A DNA stretch of 64,000 nt from the human T2T-CHM13v2.0 reference genome, Homo sapiens: assembly GCF_009914755.1 (NCBI RefSeq), contig NC_060927.1. One strand, written 5' to 3'. The notes beneath the pieces are model-generated. The model worked only from the letters and a program-made list of their open reading frames with translations, was not told where the DNA came from and did not search any database. Position 1 is the stretch's first letter, and every line of letters begins with the position of its first letter. Position numbers and translations under genes: made by a program. This document shows, one piece after another, positions 28,801 to 44,400 of the stretch.

Positions 28801-31800
28801 AAAATATCAAAGTACCCAAACTATACATTATATACTGTACATAAAATATGAAATTACAGCAAATATATATTATATTAGGTACATAAAATATGAAAGTACA
28901 TCAAATATAGATTATATACTGTACATTAAATACCAAAGTACCCCAAATATATATTTTATACTGTACATGAAATATCAAAGTTCACAAACTATATATTATA
29001 TACTGTACATAAAATATCAATGTACCCAAGGTATATATTCTATACTGCACAAAAAATATCAAAGTACCCAATGCATGTATTATATACTGTATATAAAATA
29101 TGAAAGTACATCAAATATATATTTTATTCTGTACATAAAATATCAAAGTACACCAGATATATATTCTATAGTGTACATAAAATATCAAAGTACCCAAACT
29201 ATACATTATATACTGTACATAAAATATGAAATTACAGCAAATATATATTATATTAGGTACATAAAATATGAAAGTACATGAAGTATAGATTATATACTGT
29301 ACATAAAATATCAAAGTACCCCAATATATACTATATACTGTACATGAAATATCAAAGTTCACAAACTATATATTATGTACTGTACAGAAAATATCAAAGT
29401 ACCCAAGGTATATATTCTATACTGTACAAAAAATATCAAAGTACCCAAAGCATGTATTATATAATGTACATAAAATATGAAAGTACATCAAATATATATT
29501 TTATTCTGTACATAAAATATCAAAGAACACCAGATATATATTCTATAGTGTACATAAAATATCAAACTACCCAAACTATACATTATATACTGTACATAAA
29601 ATATGAAATTACATCATATATATATTAGGTACATAAAATATGAAAGTACATCAAATATAGATTATATACTGTACATATAATATCAATGTACCCGAAATAT
29701 ATATTTTATACTCTACATGAAATATCAAAGTTCACAAACCATATATTGTATACTGCACATAAAATATCAAAATACCCAAGGTATATATTCTATACTGTAC
29801 AAAAAATATCAAAGTACCCAAAGCAGGTATTATATACTGTACATAAAATATGAAAGTACATCAAATATATATTTTATTCTGTACATGAAATATCAAAGTA
29901 CACCAGATATATATTCTATAGCGTACATAAAATATCAAAGTACACAAACTATACATTACATACTGTACATAAAATATGAAATTACATCAAATATATATTA
30001 TATTAGGTACATAAAATATGAAAGTACATCAAATATAGATTATATACTGTAAATATAATATCAATGTACCCCAAATATATATTTTATACTCTACATGAAA
30101 TATCAAAGTTCACAAACCATATATTATATACTGTACATAAAATATCAAAGTACCCAAGGTTTATATTCTATAGTGTACAAAAAATATCAAAGTACCCAAA
30201 GCATGTATTATATACTGTACATAAAATATGAAAGTACATCAAATATATATTTTATTCTGTACATAAAATATCAAAGTACACCAGATATATATTCTATAGT
30301 GTATATAAAATATCAAAGTACCCAAACTATACATTATATACTGTACATAAAATATGAAATTACATCAAATATATATTATATTAGGTACATAAAATATGAA
30401 AGTACATGAAGTATAGATTATATACTGTACATAAAATATCAAAGTACCCCAAATTTATATTATACACTATACATGAAATATCAAAGTTCACAAACTATAT
30501 ATTATATACTGTACATAAAATATCAAAGTACCCAAGGTATATATTCTATAGTGTACAAAAAATATCAAAGTACCCAAAGCATGTATTATATACCGTATAT
30601 AAAATATAAAATTACATCAAATATATATTTTATTCTGTACATAAAATATCAAAGTACACCAGATATATATACTATAGTGTACATAAAATATCAAAGTACC
30701 CAAACTATACATTATACACTGTACATAAAATATGAAATTATATCAAATATATATTAGGTACATAAAATATGAAAGTACATCAAATATAGATTATATACTG
30801 TAAATATAATATCAATGTACCCCAAATATATATTTTATACTCTACATGAAATATCAAAGTTCACAAACCATATATTATATACTGTACATAAAATATCAAA
30901 GTACCCAAGTTATATATTCTATACTGTACAAAAAATATCAAAGTACCCAAAGCATGTATTATATACTGTACATAAAATATGAAAGTACATCAAATATATA
31001 TTTTATTCTGTACATAAAATATCAAAGTACACTAGATATATATTCTATAGTGTACATAAAACATCAAAATACCCAAACTATACATTATATACTGTACATA
31101 AAATATGAGATTACATCAAATATATATTATATTAGGTACATAAAATATGAAAGTACATCAAATATAGATTATATACTGTACATAAAATATCAAAGTACCC
31201 CGAATACATATTATATACTCTACATGAAATATCAAAGTTCACAAACTATATATTATATACTGTACATAAAATATCAAAGTACCCAAGGTATATATTCTAT
31301 ACTGTACAAAAAATATCAAAGTACCCAAAGCATGTATTATATACTGTATATAAAATAAGAAAGTACATTAAATATATATTTTATTCTGTACATAAAATAT
31401 CAAAGTACACCAGATATATATTCTATAGTGTACATAAAATAACAAAGTACACAAACTATAAATTATATACTGTACATAAAATATGAAATTACATCAAATA
31501 TATATTAGGTACATAAAATATGAAATTACATCAAATATAGATTATATACTGAACATATAATATCAATGTACCCCAAATATATATTTGATACTCTACATGA
31601 AATATCAAAGTTCAGAAACCATACATTATATACTGTACATAAAATATCAAAGTACCCAAGGTATATATTCTATACTGTACAAAAAATATCAAAGTACCCA
31701 AAGCATGTATTATATACTGTAGATAATATATGAAAGTACATCAAATATATATTTTATTCTGTACATAAAATATCAAAGTACACCAGATATATATTCTATA

Positions 31801-34800
31801 GTGTACATAAAATATCAAAGTACCCAAACTATACATTATATACTGTACATAAAATATGAAATTACATCAAATATATATTAGGTACATAAAATATGAAAGT
31901 ACATCAAATAGATATTTTATTCTGTACATAAAATATCAAAGTACACCAGATATATATTCTATACTGTACAAAAAATATCAAAGTACACAAAGCATGTATT
32001 ATATACTGTACATAAAATATGAAATTACATCAAATATATATTATATTAGGTACATGAAATATGAAAGTACATCAAATATAGATTATATACTGTACATAAA
32101 ATATGAAAGTACCCCAAATATATATTATATACTCTACATGAAATATCAAAGTTCACAAACTATATATTATATACTGTACATAAAATATCAAAGTACCCAA
32201 GGTATATATTCTATACTGCACAAAAAATATCAAAGTACCCAAAGCATGTATTATATACTGTATATAAAATATGAAAGTACATCAAATATATATTTTATTC
32301 TGTACATAAAATATCAAAGTACACCAGATATATATTCTATAGTGTACATAAAATATCAAAGTACCCAAACTATACATTATATACTGTACATAAAATATGA
32401 AATTACATCAAATATATATTATATTAGGTACATAAAATACGAAAGTACATCAAATATAGATTATATACTGTACATAAAATATCAAAGTACCCCAATATAT
32501 ATTATATACTGTACATGAAATATCAAAGTTCACAAACTATATATTATGTACTGTACATAAAATATCAAAGTACCCAAGGTATATATTCTATACTGTACAA
32601 AAAATATCAAAGTACCCAAAGCATGTATTATATAATGTACATAAAATATGAAAGTACATCAAATATATATTTTATTCTGTACATAAAATATCAAAGAACA
32701 CCAGATATATATTCTATAGTGTACATAAAATATCAAAGTACCCAAACTATACATTATATACTGTACATAAAATATGAAATTACAGCAAATATATATTATA
32801 TTAGGTACATAAAATAAGAAAGTACATCAAATATAGATTATATACTGTACATTAAATACCAAAGTACCCCAAATATATATTTTATACTGTACATGAAATA
32901 TCAAAGTTCACAAACTATATATTATATACTGTACATAAAATATCAATGTACCCAAGGTATATATTCTATACTGCAGAAAAAATATCAAAGTACCCAAAGC
33001 ATGTATTATATACTGTATATAAAATATGAAAGTACATCAAATATATATTTTATTCTGTACATAAAATATCAAAGTACACCAGATATATATTCTATAGTGT
33101 ACATAAAATATCAAAGTACCCAAACTATACATTATATACTGTACATAAAATATGAAATTACATCAAATATATATTATATTAGGTACATAAAATACGAAAG
33201 TACATCAAATATAGATTATATACTGTACATAAAATATCAAAGTACCCCAATATATATTATATACTGTACATGAAATATCAAAGTTCACAAACTATATATT
33301 ATGTACTGTACATAAAATATCAAAGTACCCAAGGTATATATTCTATACTGTACAAAAAATATCAAAGTACCCAAAGCATGTATTATATAATGTACATAAA
33401 ATATGAAAGTACATCAAATATATATTTTATTCTGTACATAAAATATCAAAGAACACCAGATATATATTCTATAGTGTACATAAAATATCAAAGTACCCAA
33501 ACTATACATTATATACTGTACATAAAATATGAAATTACATCATATATATATTAGGTACATAAAATATGAAAGTACATCAAATATATATTTTATTCTGTAC
33601 ATAAAATATCAAAGTACACCAGATATATATTCTATAGTGTACATAAAATATCAAAGTACCCAAACTATACATTATATACTGTACATAAAATATGAAATTA
33701 CAGCAAATATATATTAGGTACATAAAATATGAAAGTACATCAAATATAGATTATATACTGTACATAAAATATCAAAGTACCCTAAATATATATTATATAA
33801 TATACATGAAATATCAAAGTTCACAAACTATATATTATATACTGTACATAAAATATCAAAGTACCCAAGGTATATATTCTATACTGTACAAAAAATATCA
33901 AAGTACCCAAAGCATGTATTATATACTGTATATAAAATATGAAAGTACATCAAATATATATTTTATTCTGCACATAAAATATCAAAATACACCAGATATA
34001 TATTCTATAGTGTACATAAAATTACAAAGTACACAAACTATAAATTATATACTGTACATAAAATATGAAATTACATCAAGTATCTATTAGGTACATAAAA
34101 TATTAACGTACATCAAATATAGATTATATACTGTACATAAAATATCAATGTACCCCAAATATATATTTTATACTCTACATGAAATATCAAAGTTCACAAA
34201 CCATATATTATATACTGTAAATAAAATATCAAAGTACTCAAGGTATATATTCTATACTGTACAAAAAATATCAAAGTACCCAAAGCATGTATTATATACT
34301 GTACATAAAATATGAAAGTACATCAAATATATATTTTATTCTGTACATAAAATATCAAAGTACACCAGATATATATTCTATAGTGTACATAAAATATCAA
34401 AGTACCCAAACTATACATTATATACTGTACATAAAATATGAAATTACATCAAATATATATTATATTAGGTACATAAAATATGAAAGTACATCAAATATAG
34501 ATTATATACTGTACATTAAATACCAAAGTACCCAAAATATATATTTTATACTGCACATGAAATATCAAAGTTCACAAACTATATATTATATACTGTACAT
34601 AAAATACCAAAGTACCCAAGGTATATATTCTATACTGTACAAAAAATATCAAAGTACCCAAAGCATGTATTATATACTGTACATAAAATATGAAAGTACA
34701 TCAAATATATATTTTATTCTGTACATAAAATATCAAAGTCCACCAGATATATATTCTATAGTGTACATAAAATATCAAAGTACCCAAACTATACATTATA

Positions 34801-37800
34801 TACTGTACATAAAATATGAAATTACATCAAATATATATTATATTAGGTACATAAAATATGAAAGTATATCAAATAGAGATTATATACTGTACATAAAATA
34901 TCAAAGTACCCCAAATATATATTATATACTCTACATGAAATATCAAAGTTCACAAACTATATATTATATACTGTACATAAAATATCAAAGTACACAAGGT
35001 ATATATTCTATACTGTACAAAAAATATCAAAGTACTCAAAGCATGTATTATATACTGTATATAAAATATGAAAGTACATTAAATATATATTTTATTCTGA
35101 ACATAAAATATCAAAGTACACCAGATATATATTCTATAGTGTACATAAAATAACAAAGTACACAAACTATAAATTATATACTGTACATAAAATATGAAAT
35201 TACATCAAATATATATTAGGTACATAAAATATGAAAGTACATCAAATATAGATTATATACTGTACATATAATATCAATGTACCACAAATATATATTTTAT
35301 ACTCTACATGAAATATCAATGTTCACAATCCATACATTATATACTGTACATAAAATATCAAAGTACCCAAGTTATATATTCTATACTGTACAAAAAATAT
35401 CAAAGTACCCAAAGCATGTATTATGTACTGTACATAAAATATGAAAGTACATCAAATATATATTTTATTCTGTACATAAAATATCAAAGTACACCAGATA
35501 TATATTCTATAGTGTACATAAAATATCAAAGTACCCAAACTATACATTATATACTGTACATAAAATATGAAATTACAGCAAATATATATTAGGTACATAA
35601 AATATGAAAGTACATCAAATATAGATTATATACTGTACATAAAATATCAAAGTACCCTAAATATATATTATATACTGTACATGAAATATCAAAGTTCACA
35701 AACTATATATTATATACTGTACATAAAATATCAAAGTACCCAAGGTATATATTCTATACTGTACAAAAAATATCAAAGTACCCAAAGCATGTATTACATA
35801 CTGTATATAAAATATGAAAGTACATCAAATATATATTTTATTCTGTACATAAAATATCAAAGTACACCAGATATATATTCTATAGAGTACATAAAATAAC
35901 AAAGTACACAAACAATAAATTATATACTGTACATAAAATATGAAATTACATCAAATATATATTAGGTACATAAAATATGAAAGTACATCAAATATAGATT
36001 ATATACTGTACCTAAAATATCAATGTACCCCAAATATATATTTTATACTCTACATGAAATATCAAAGTTCACAAACCATATATGATATACTGTACTTAAA
36101 ATATCAAAGTACCCAAGGTATATATTCTATACTGTACAAAAAATATCAAAGTACCCAAAGCATGTATTATATACTAAACATAAAATATGAAAGTACATCA
36201 AATGTATATTTTATTCTGTACATAAAATATGAAAGTACACCAGATATATATTCTATAGTGTACATAAAATATCAAAGTACCCAAACTATACATTATATAC
36301 TGTACATAAAATATGAAATTACATCAAATATATATTATATTAGGTACATAAAATATGAAAGTACATCAAATATAAATTATATACTGTACATTAAATACCA
36401 AAGTACCCCAAATATATATTTTATACTGTACATGAAATATCAAAGTTCACAAAGTATATATTATATACTGTACATAAAATAACAAAGTATCCAAGGTATA
36501 TATTCTATACTGTACAAAAAATATCGAAGTACCCAAAGCATGTATTATATACTGTACATAAAATATGAAAGTACATCAAATATATATTTTATTCTGTACA
36601 TAAAATATCAAAGTACACCAGATATATATTCTATAGTGTACATAAAATATCAATGTACCCAAACTATACATTACATACTGTACATAAAATATGAAATTAC
36701 ATCAAATATATATTATATTAGGTACATAAATATGAAAGTACATCAAATATAGATTATATACTGTACATAAAATATCAAAGTACCCAAGGTATATATTCTA
36801 TACTGTACAAAAAATATCAAAGTACCCAAAGCATGTATTATATACTGTATATAAAATATGAAAGTACATCAAATATGTATTTTATTCTGTACATAAAATA
36901 TCAAAGTACACCAGATATATATTCTATACTGTATATAAAATAACAAAGTACAAAAACTATAAATTATATACTGTACATAAAATATGAAATAACATCAAAT
37001 ATATATTAGGTACATAAAATATGAACGTACATCAAATATAGATTATATACTGTACATAAAATATCAATGTACCCCAAATATATATTTTATACTCTACATG
37101 AAATATCAAAGTTCACAAACCATATATTATATACTGTACATAAAATATCAAAGTACTCAAGGTATATATTCTATACTGTACAAAAAATATCAAAGTACCC
37201 AAAGCATGTATTATATACTGTACATAAAATATGAAAGTACATCAAATATATATTTTATTCTGTACATAAAATATGAAAGTACACCAGATATATATTCTAT
37301 AGTGTACATAAAATATCAAAGTACCCAAACTATACATTATATACTGTACATAAAATATGAAATTACATCAAATATATTTTATATTAGGTACATAAACTAT
37401 GAAAGTACATCATATATAGATTATATACTGTACATTAAATACCAAAGTACCCCAAATATATATTTTATACTGTACATGAAATATCAAAGTTCACAAACCA
37501 TATATTATATACTGTACATAAAATATGAAAGTACCCAAGGTATATATTCTATACTGTACAAAAAATATCAAAGTACCCAAAGCATGTATTATATACTGTA
37601 CATGAAATATGAAAGTACATCAAATATATATTTTATTCTGCACATAAAATATCAAAGTACACCAGATATATATTCTATAGTGTACATAAAATATCAAGGT
37701 ACCCAAACTATACATTATATACTGTACATAAAATATGAAATTACATCAAATATATATTAGGTACATAAAATATGAAAGTACATCAAATATAGATTATATA

Positions 37801-40800
37801 CTGTACATTAAATACCAAAGTACCCCAAATATATATTTTATACTGTACATGAAATATCAAAGTTCACAAACTATATATTATATATTGTACATAAAATATC
37901 AAAGTACCCAAGGTATATATTCTATACTGTACAAAAGATATCAACGTACCCAAAGCATGTATTATATACTGTACATAAAATATGAAAGTACATCAAATAT
38001 ATATTTTATTCTGTACATAAAATATCAAAGTACACCAGATATATATTCTATACTGTACATAAAATAACAAAGTACACAAACTATACATTATATACTGTAC
38101 ATAAAATATGAAATTACATCAAATATATATTATGTACATAAAATATGAAAGTACATCAAATATAGATTATATACTGAACATATAATATCAATGTACCCCA
38201 AATATATATTTTATACTTTATATGAAATATCAAAGTTCAGAAACCATACATTATATACTGTACATAAAATATCAAAGTACCCAAGGTATATATTCTATAC
38301 TGTACAAAAAATATCAAAGTACCCAAAGCATGTATTATATACTGTACATAAAATATGAAAGTACATCAAATATATATTTTATTCTGTACATAAAATATCA
38401 AAGTACACCAGATATATATTCTATAGTGTACATAAAATATCAAAGTACCCAAACTATACATTATATACTGTACATAAAATATGAAATTACATCAAATATA
38501 TATTAGGTACATAAAATATGAAAGTACATAAAATATAGATTATATACTGTACATAAAATATCAAAGTACCCCAAATATATATTATATACTCTACATGAAA
38601 TATCAAATTTCACAAACTATATATTATATACTGTACATAAAATATCAAAGTACCCAAGGTATATATTCTATACTGTACAAAAAATATCAGAGTATCCAAA
38701 GCATGTATTATATACTGTATATAAAATATGAAAGTACATTAAAGATATATTTTATTCTGTACAAAAAATATCAAAGTACACCAGATATATATTCTATAGT
38801 GTACATAAAATAACAAAGTACACAAACTATAAATTATATACTGTACATAAAATATGAAATTACATCAAATATATATTAGGTACATAAAATATGAAAGTAC
38901 ATCAAATATAGATTATATACTGTACATATATTATCAATGTACCCCAAATATGTATTTTATACTCTACATGAAATATCAAAGTTCACAAACCATATATTAT
39001 ATACTGTACATAAAATATCAAAGTACCCAAGGTATATATTCTATACTGTACAAAAAATATCAAAGTACCCAAAGCATGTTTTATATACTGTACATAAAAT
39101 ATGAAAGTACATCAAATATATATTTTATTCTGTACATAAAATATCAAAGTACACCAGATATATATTCTATAGTGTACATAAATTATCAAAGTACCCAAAC
39201 TATACATTATATACTGTACATAAAATATGAAATTACATCAAATATATTTTATATTAGGTACATAAAATACGAAAGTACATCAAATATAGATTATATACTG
39301 TACATTAAATACCAAAGTACCCCAAATATATATTTTATACTGTACATGAAATATCAAAGTTCACAAACTATATATTATATACTGTACATATAATATCAAA
39401 GTACCCAAGCTATATATTCTATACTGTACAAAAAATAACAAAGTACCAAAACCATGTATTATATACTGTACCTAAAATATGAAAGTACATGAAATATATA
39501 TTTTATTCTGTACATGAAATATCAAAGTACACCAGATATATATTCTATAGTGTACATAAAATATCAAAGTTCCCAAACTATACATTATATACTGTACATA
39601 AAATATGAAATTACATCAAATATATATTATATTAGGTACATTAAATATGAAAGTACATCAAATATAGATTATATACTGTACATAAAATATCAAAGTACCC
39701 CAAATATATATTATATACTCTACATGAAATATCAAAGTTCACAAGCTATATATTATATACTGTATATAAAATATCAAAGTACCCAAGGTATATATTCTAT
39801 ACTGTACAAAAAATATCAAAGTACCCAAAGCATGTATTATATACTGTACATAAAATATGAAAGTACATCAAATATATATTTAATTCTGTACTTAATATAT
39901 CAAAGTACACCGGATATATATTCTATAGTGTACATAAAATAACAAAGTATACAAACTATAAATTATATACTGTACATAAAATATGAAATTACATCAAATA
40001 TATATTAGGTACATAAAATATGAAAGTACATCAAATATAGATTATATACTGTACATAAAATATCAATGTACCCCAAATATATATTTTATACTATACATGA
40101 AATATCAAAGTTCACAAACCATATTTTGTATACTGTACATAAAATATCAAAGTACCCAAGGTATATATTTTATAGTCTACAAAAAATATCAAAATACCCA
40201 AAGCATGTATTATATACTGTACATAAAATATGAAAGTACATCGAATATATATTTTATTCTGTACATAAAATATCAAAGTACACCAGATATATATTCTATA
40301 GTGTACATAAAATATCAAAGTACCCAAACTATACATTATATTCTGTACATAAAACATGAAATTACATCAAATATATATTAGGTACATAAAATATGAAAGT
40401 ACATCAAATATAGATTATATACTGTACATAAAATATCAAAGTACCCCAAATATATATTATATACTCTACATGAAATATCAAAGTTCACAAACTATATATT
40501 ATATTCTGTACATAAAATATGAAATTACATCAAATATATATTATATTAGGTATATAAAATATGAAAGTACATCAAATATATATTTTATTCTGTACATAAA
40601 ATATCAATGTACACCAGATATATATTCTATAGTGTACATAAAATATCAAAGTACCCAAACTATACATTATATACAGTACATAAAATATGAAATTACTTCA
40701 AATATATATTATATTAGGTACATAAAATATGAAAGTACATCAAATATAGATTATATACTGTACATAAAATATCAAAGTACCCCAAATATATATTATATTC

Positions 40801-41499
40801 TCTACATGAAATATCGAAGTTCACAAACTATATATTATATACTGTGCATAAAATATCAAAGTACCCAAGGTATATATTCTATACTGCACAAAAAATTTCA
40901 AAGTACCCAAATCATGTATTATATACTGTATATAAAATATGAAAGTACATCAAATATATATTTTATTCTGTACATAAAATATCAAAGTACACCAGATATA
41001 TATTCTATAGTGTATATAAAATAACAAAGTACACAAACTATAAATTATATACTGTACATAAAATATGAAATTTCATCAAATATATATTAGGTACATAAAA
41101 TATGAAAGTACATCAAATATAGATTATATACTGTACATATATTATCAATGTACCCCAAATATGTATTTTATACTCTACATGAATTATCAAAGTTCACAAA
41201 CCATATATTATATACTGTACATAAAATATCAACGTACTCAAGGTATATATTCTATACTGTACAAAAAATATCAAAGTACCCAAAGCATGTTTTATATACT
41301 GTACATAAAATATGAAAGTACATCCAATATATATTTTATTCTGTACATAAAATATCAAAGTACACCAGATATATATTCTACAGTGTACATAAAATATCAA
41401 AGTACCCAAACTATACATTATATACTGTACATAAAATATGAAATTACATCAAATATATTTTATATGAGGTACATAAAATATGAAAGCACATCAAATATT

Positions 41500-44400
41500 G
41501 ATTATATACTGTACATAAAATATCAAAGTACCCCAAATATATATTATATACTCTACATGAAATATCAAAGTTCACAAACTATATATTATATACTGTACAT
41601 AAAATAAAGTACCCAAGGTACATATTCTATACTGTACAAAAAATATCAAAGTACCCAAAGCATGTATTATATACTGTATATAAAATATGAAATTACATCA
41701 AATATATATTTTATTCTGTACGTAAAATATCAAAGTACACCAGATATATATTCTATAGTGTACATAAAATAACAAAGTACAAAAACTATAAATTATATAC
41801 TGTACATAAAATATGAAATTACATCAAATATATATTAGGTACATAAAATATGAAAGTACATCAAATATAGATTATATACTGTACATTAAATACCAAAGTA
41901 CCCCAAATATATATTTTATACTGTACATGAAATATCAAAGTTCACAAACTATATATTATATACTGTACATAAAATATCAAAGTACCCAAGGTATATATTC
42001 TATACTGTACAAAAGATATCAACGTACCCAAAGCATGTATTATATACTGTACATAAAATATGAAAGTACATCAAATATATATTTTATTCTGTACATAAAA
42101 TATCAAAGTACACCAGATATATATTCTATAGTGTACATAAAATAACAAAGTACACAAACTATACATTATATACTGTACATAAAATATGAAATTACATCAA
42201 ATATATATTATGTACATAAAATATGAAAGTACATCAAATATAGATTATATACTGAACATATAATATCAATGTACCCCAAATATATATTTTATACTCTATA
42301 TGAAATATCAAAGTTCAGAAACCATACATTATATACTGTACATAAAATATCAAAGTACCCAAGGTATATATTCTATACTGTACAAAAAATATCAAAGTAC
42401 CCAAAGCATGTATTATATACTGTACATAAAATATGAAAGTACATCAAATATATATTTTATTCTGTACATAAAATATCAAAGTACACCAGATATATATTCT
42501 ATAGTGTACATAAAATATCAAAGTACCCAAACTATACATTATATACTGTACATAAAATATGAAATTACATCAAATATATATTAGGTACATAAAATATGAA
42601 AGTACATAAAATATAGATTATATACTGTACATAAAATATCAAAGTACCCCAAATATATATTATATACTCTACATGAAATATCAAATTTCACAAACTATAT
42701 ATTATATACTGTACATAAAATATCAAAGTACCCAAGGTATATATTCTATACTGTACAAAAAATATCAGAGTACCCAAAGCATGTATTTTGTACTGTATAT
42801 AAAATATGAAAGTACATTAAAGATATATTTTATTCTGTACAAAAAATATCAAAGTACACCAGATATATATTCTATAGTGTACATAAAATAACAATGTACA
42901 CAAACTATAAATTATATACTGTACATAAAATATGAAATTACATCAAATATATATTAGGTACATAAAATATGAAAGTACATCAAATATAGATTATATACTG
43001 TACATGTAATATCAATGTACCCCAAATATATATTTTATACTCTACATGAAATATCAAAGTTCACAAACCATACGTTATATACTGTACATAAAATATCAAA
43101 GTACCCAAGGTATATATTCTATACTGTACAAATAATATCAAACTACCCAAAGCATGTATTATAAACTGTACATAAAATATGAAAGTACATCAAATATATA
43201 TTTTATTCTGTACATAAAATATCAAAGTACACCAGATATATATTCTATAGTGTACATAAAATATCAAAGTACCCAAACTATACATTATATACTGTACATA
43301 AAATATGAAATTACATCAAGTATATATTAGGTACATAAAATATGAAAGTACATCAAATATAGATTATATACTGTACATAAAATATCAAAGTACCCCAAAT
43401 ATATATTATATACTCTACATGAAATATCAAAGTTCACAAACTATATATTATATACTGTACATAAAATATCAAAGTACCCAAGGTATATATTCTATATTGT
43501 ACAAAAAATATCAAAGTACCCAAAGGATGTATTATATACTGTACATAAAATATGAAAGTACATCAAATATATATTTTATTCTGTACATAAAATATCAAAG
43601 TACACCAGATATATATTCTATAGTGTACATAAAATAACAAAGTACACAAACTATACATTATATACTGTACATAAAATATGAAATTACATCAAATATATTT
43701 TAGGTACATAAAATATGAAAGTACATCAAATATAGATTATATACTGTACATAAAATATCAATGTACCCCAAATATATATTTTATACTCTACATGAAATAT
43801 CAAAGTTCACAAACCATATATTGTATACTGTACATAAAATATCAAAGTACCCAAGGTATATATTCTATACTAAAAAAAAAATATCAAAGTACCCAAAGCC
43901 TGTGTTATTTACTGTACATAAAATATGAAAGTACATCAAATATATATTTTATTCTGTACATAAAATATCAAAGTACACCAGATATATATTCTATAGTGTA
44001 CATAATATATCAAAATACCCAAACTATACTTTATATACTGTACATAAAATATGAGATTTCATCAAATATATATTATATTAGGTACATAAAATATGAAAGT
44101 ACATCAAATATAGATTATATACTGTGCATAAAATATCAAAGTACCCCAAATATATATTATATACTCTACATGAAATATCAAAGTTCACAAACTATATATT
44201 ATATACTGTACATAAAATATCAAAGTACCCAAGGTATATATTCTATACTGTACAAAAAATATCAAAGTACCCAAAGCATGTATTATATACTGTATATAAA
44301 ATAAGAAAGTACATTAAATACATATTTTATTCTGTGCATAAAATATCAAAGTACACCAGATATATATTCTATAGCGTACATAAAATAACAAAGTACACAA

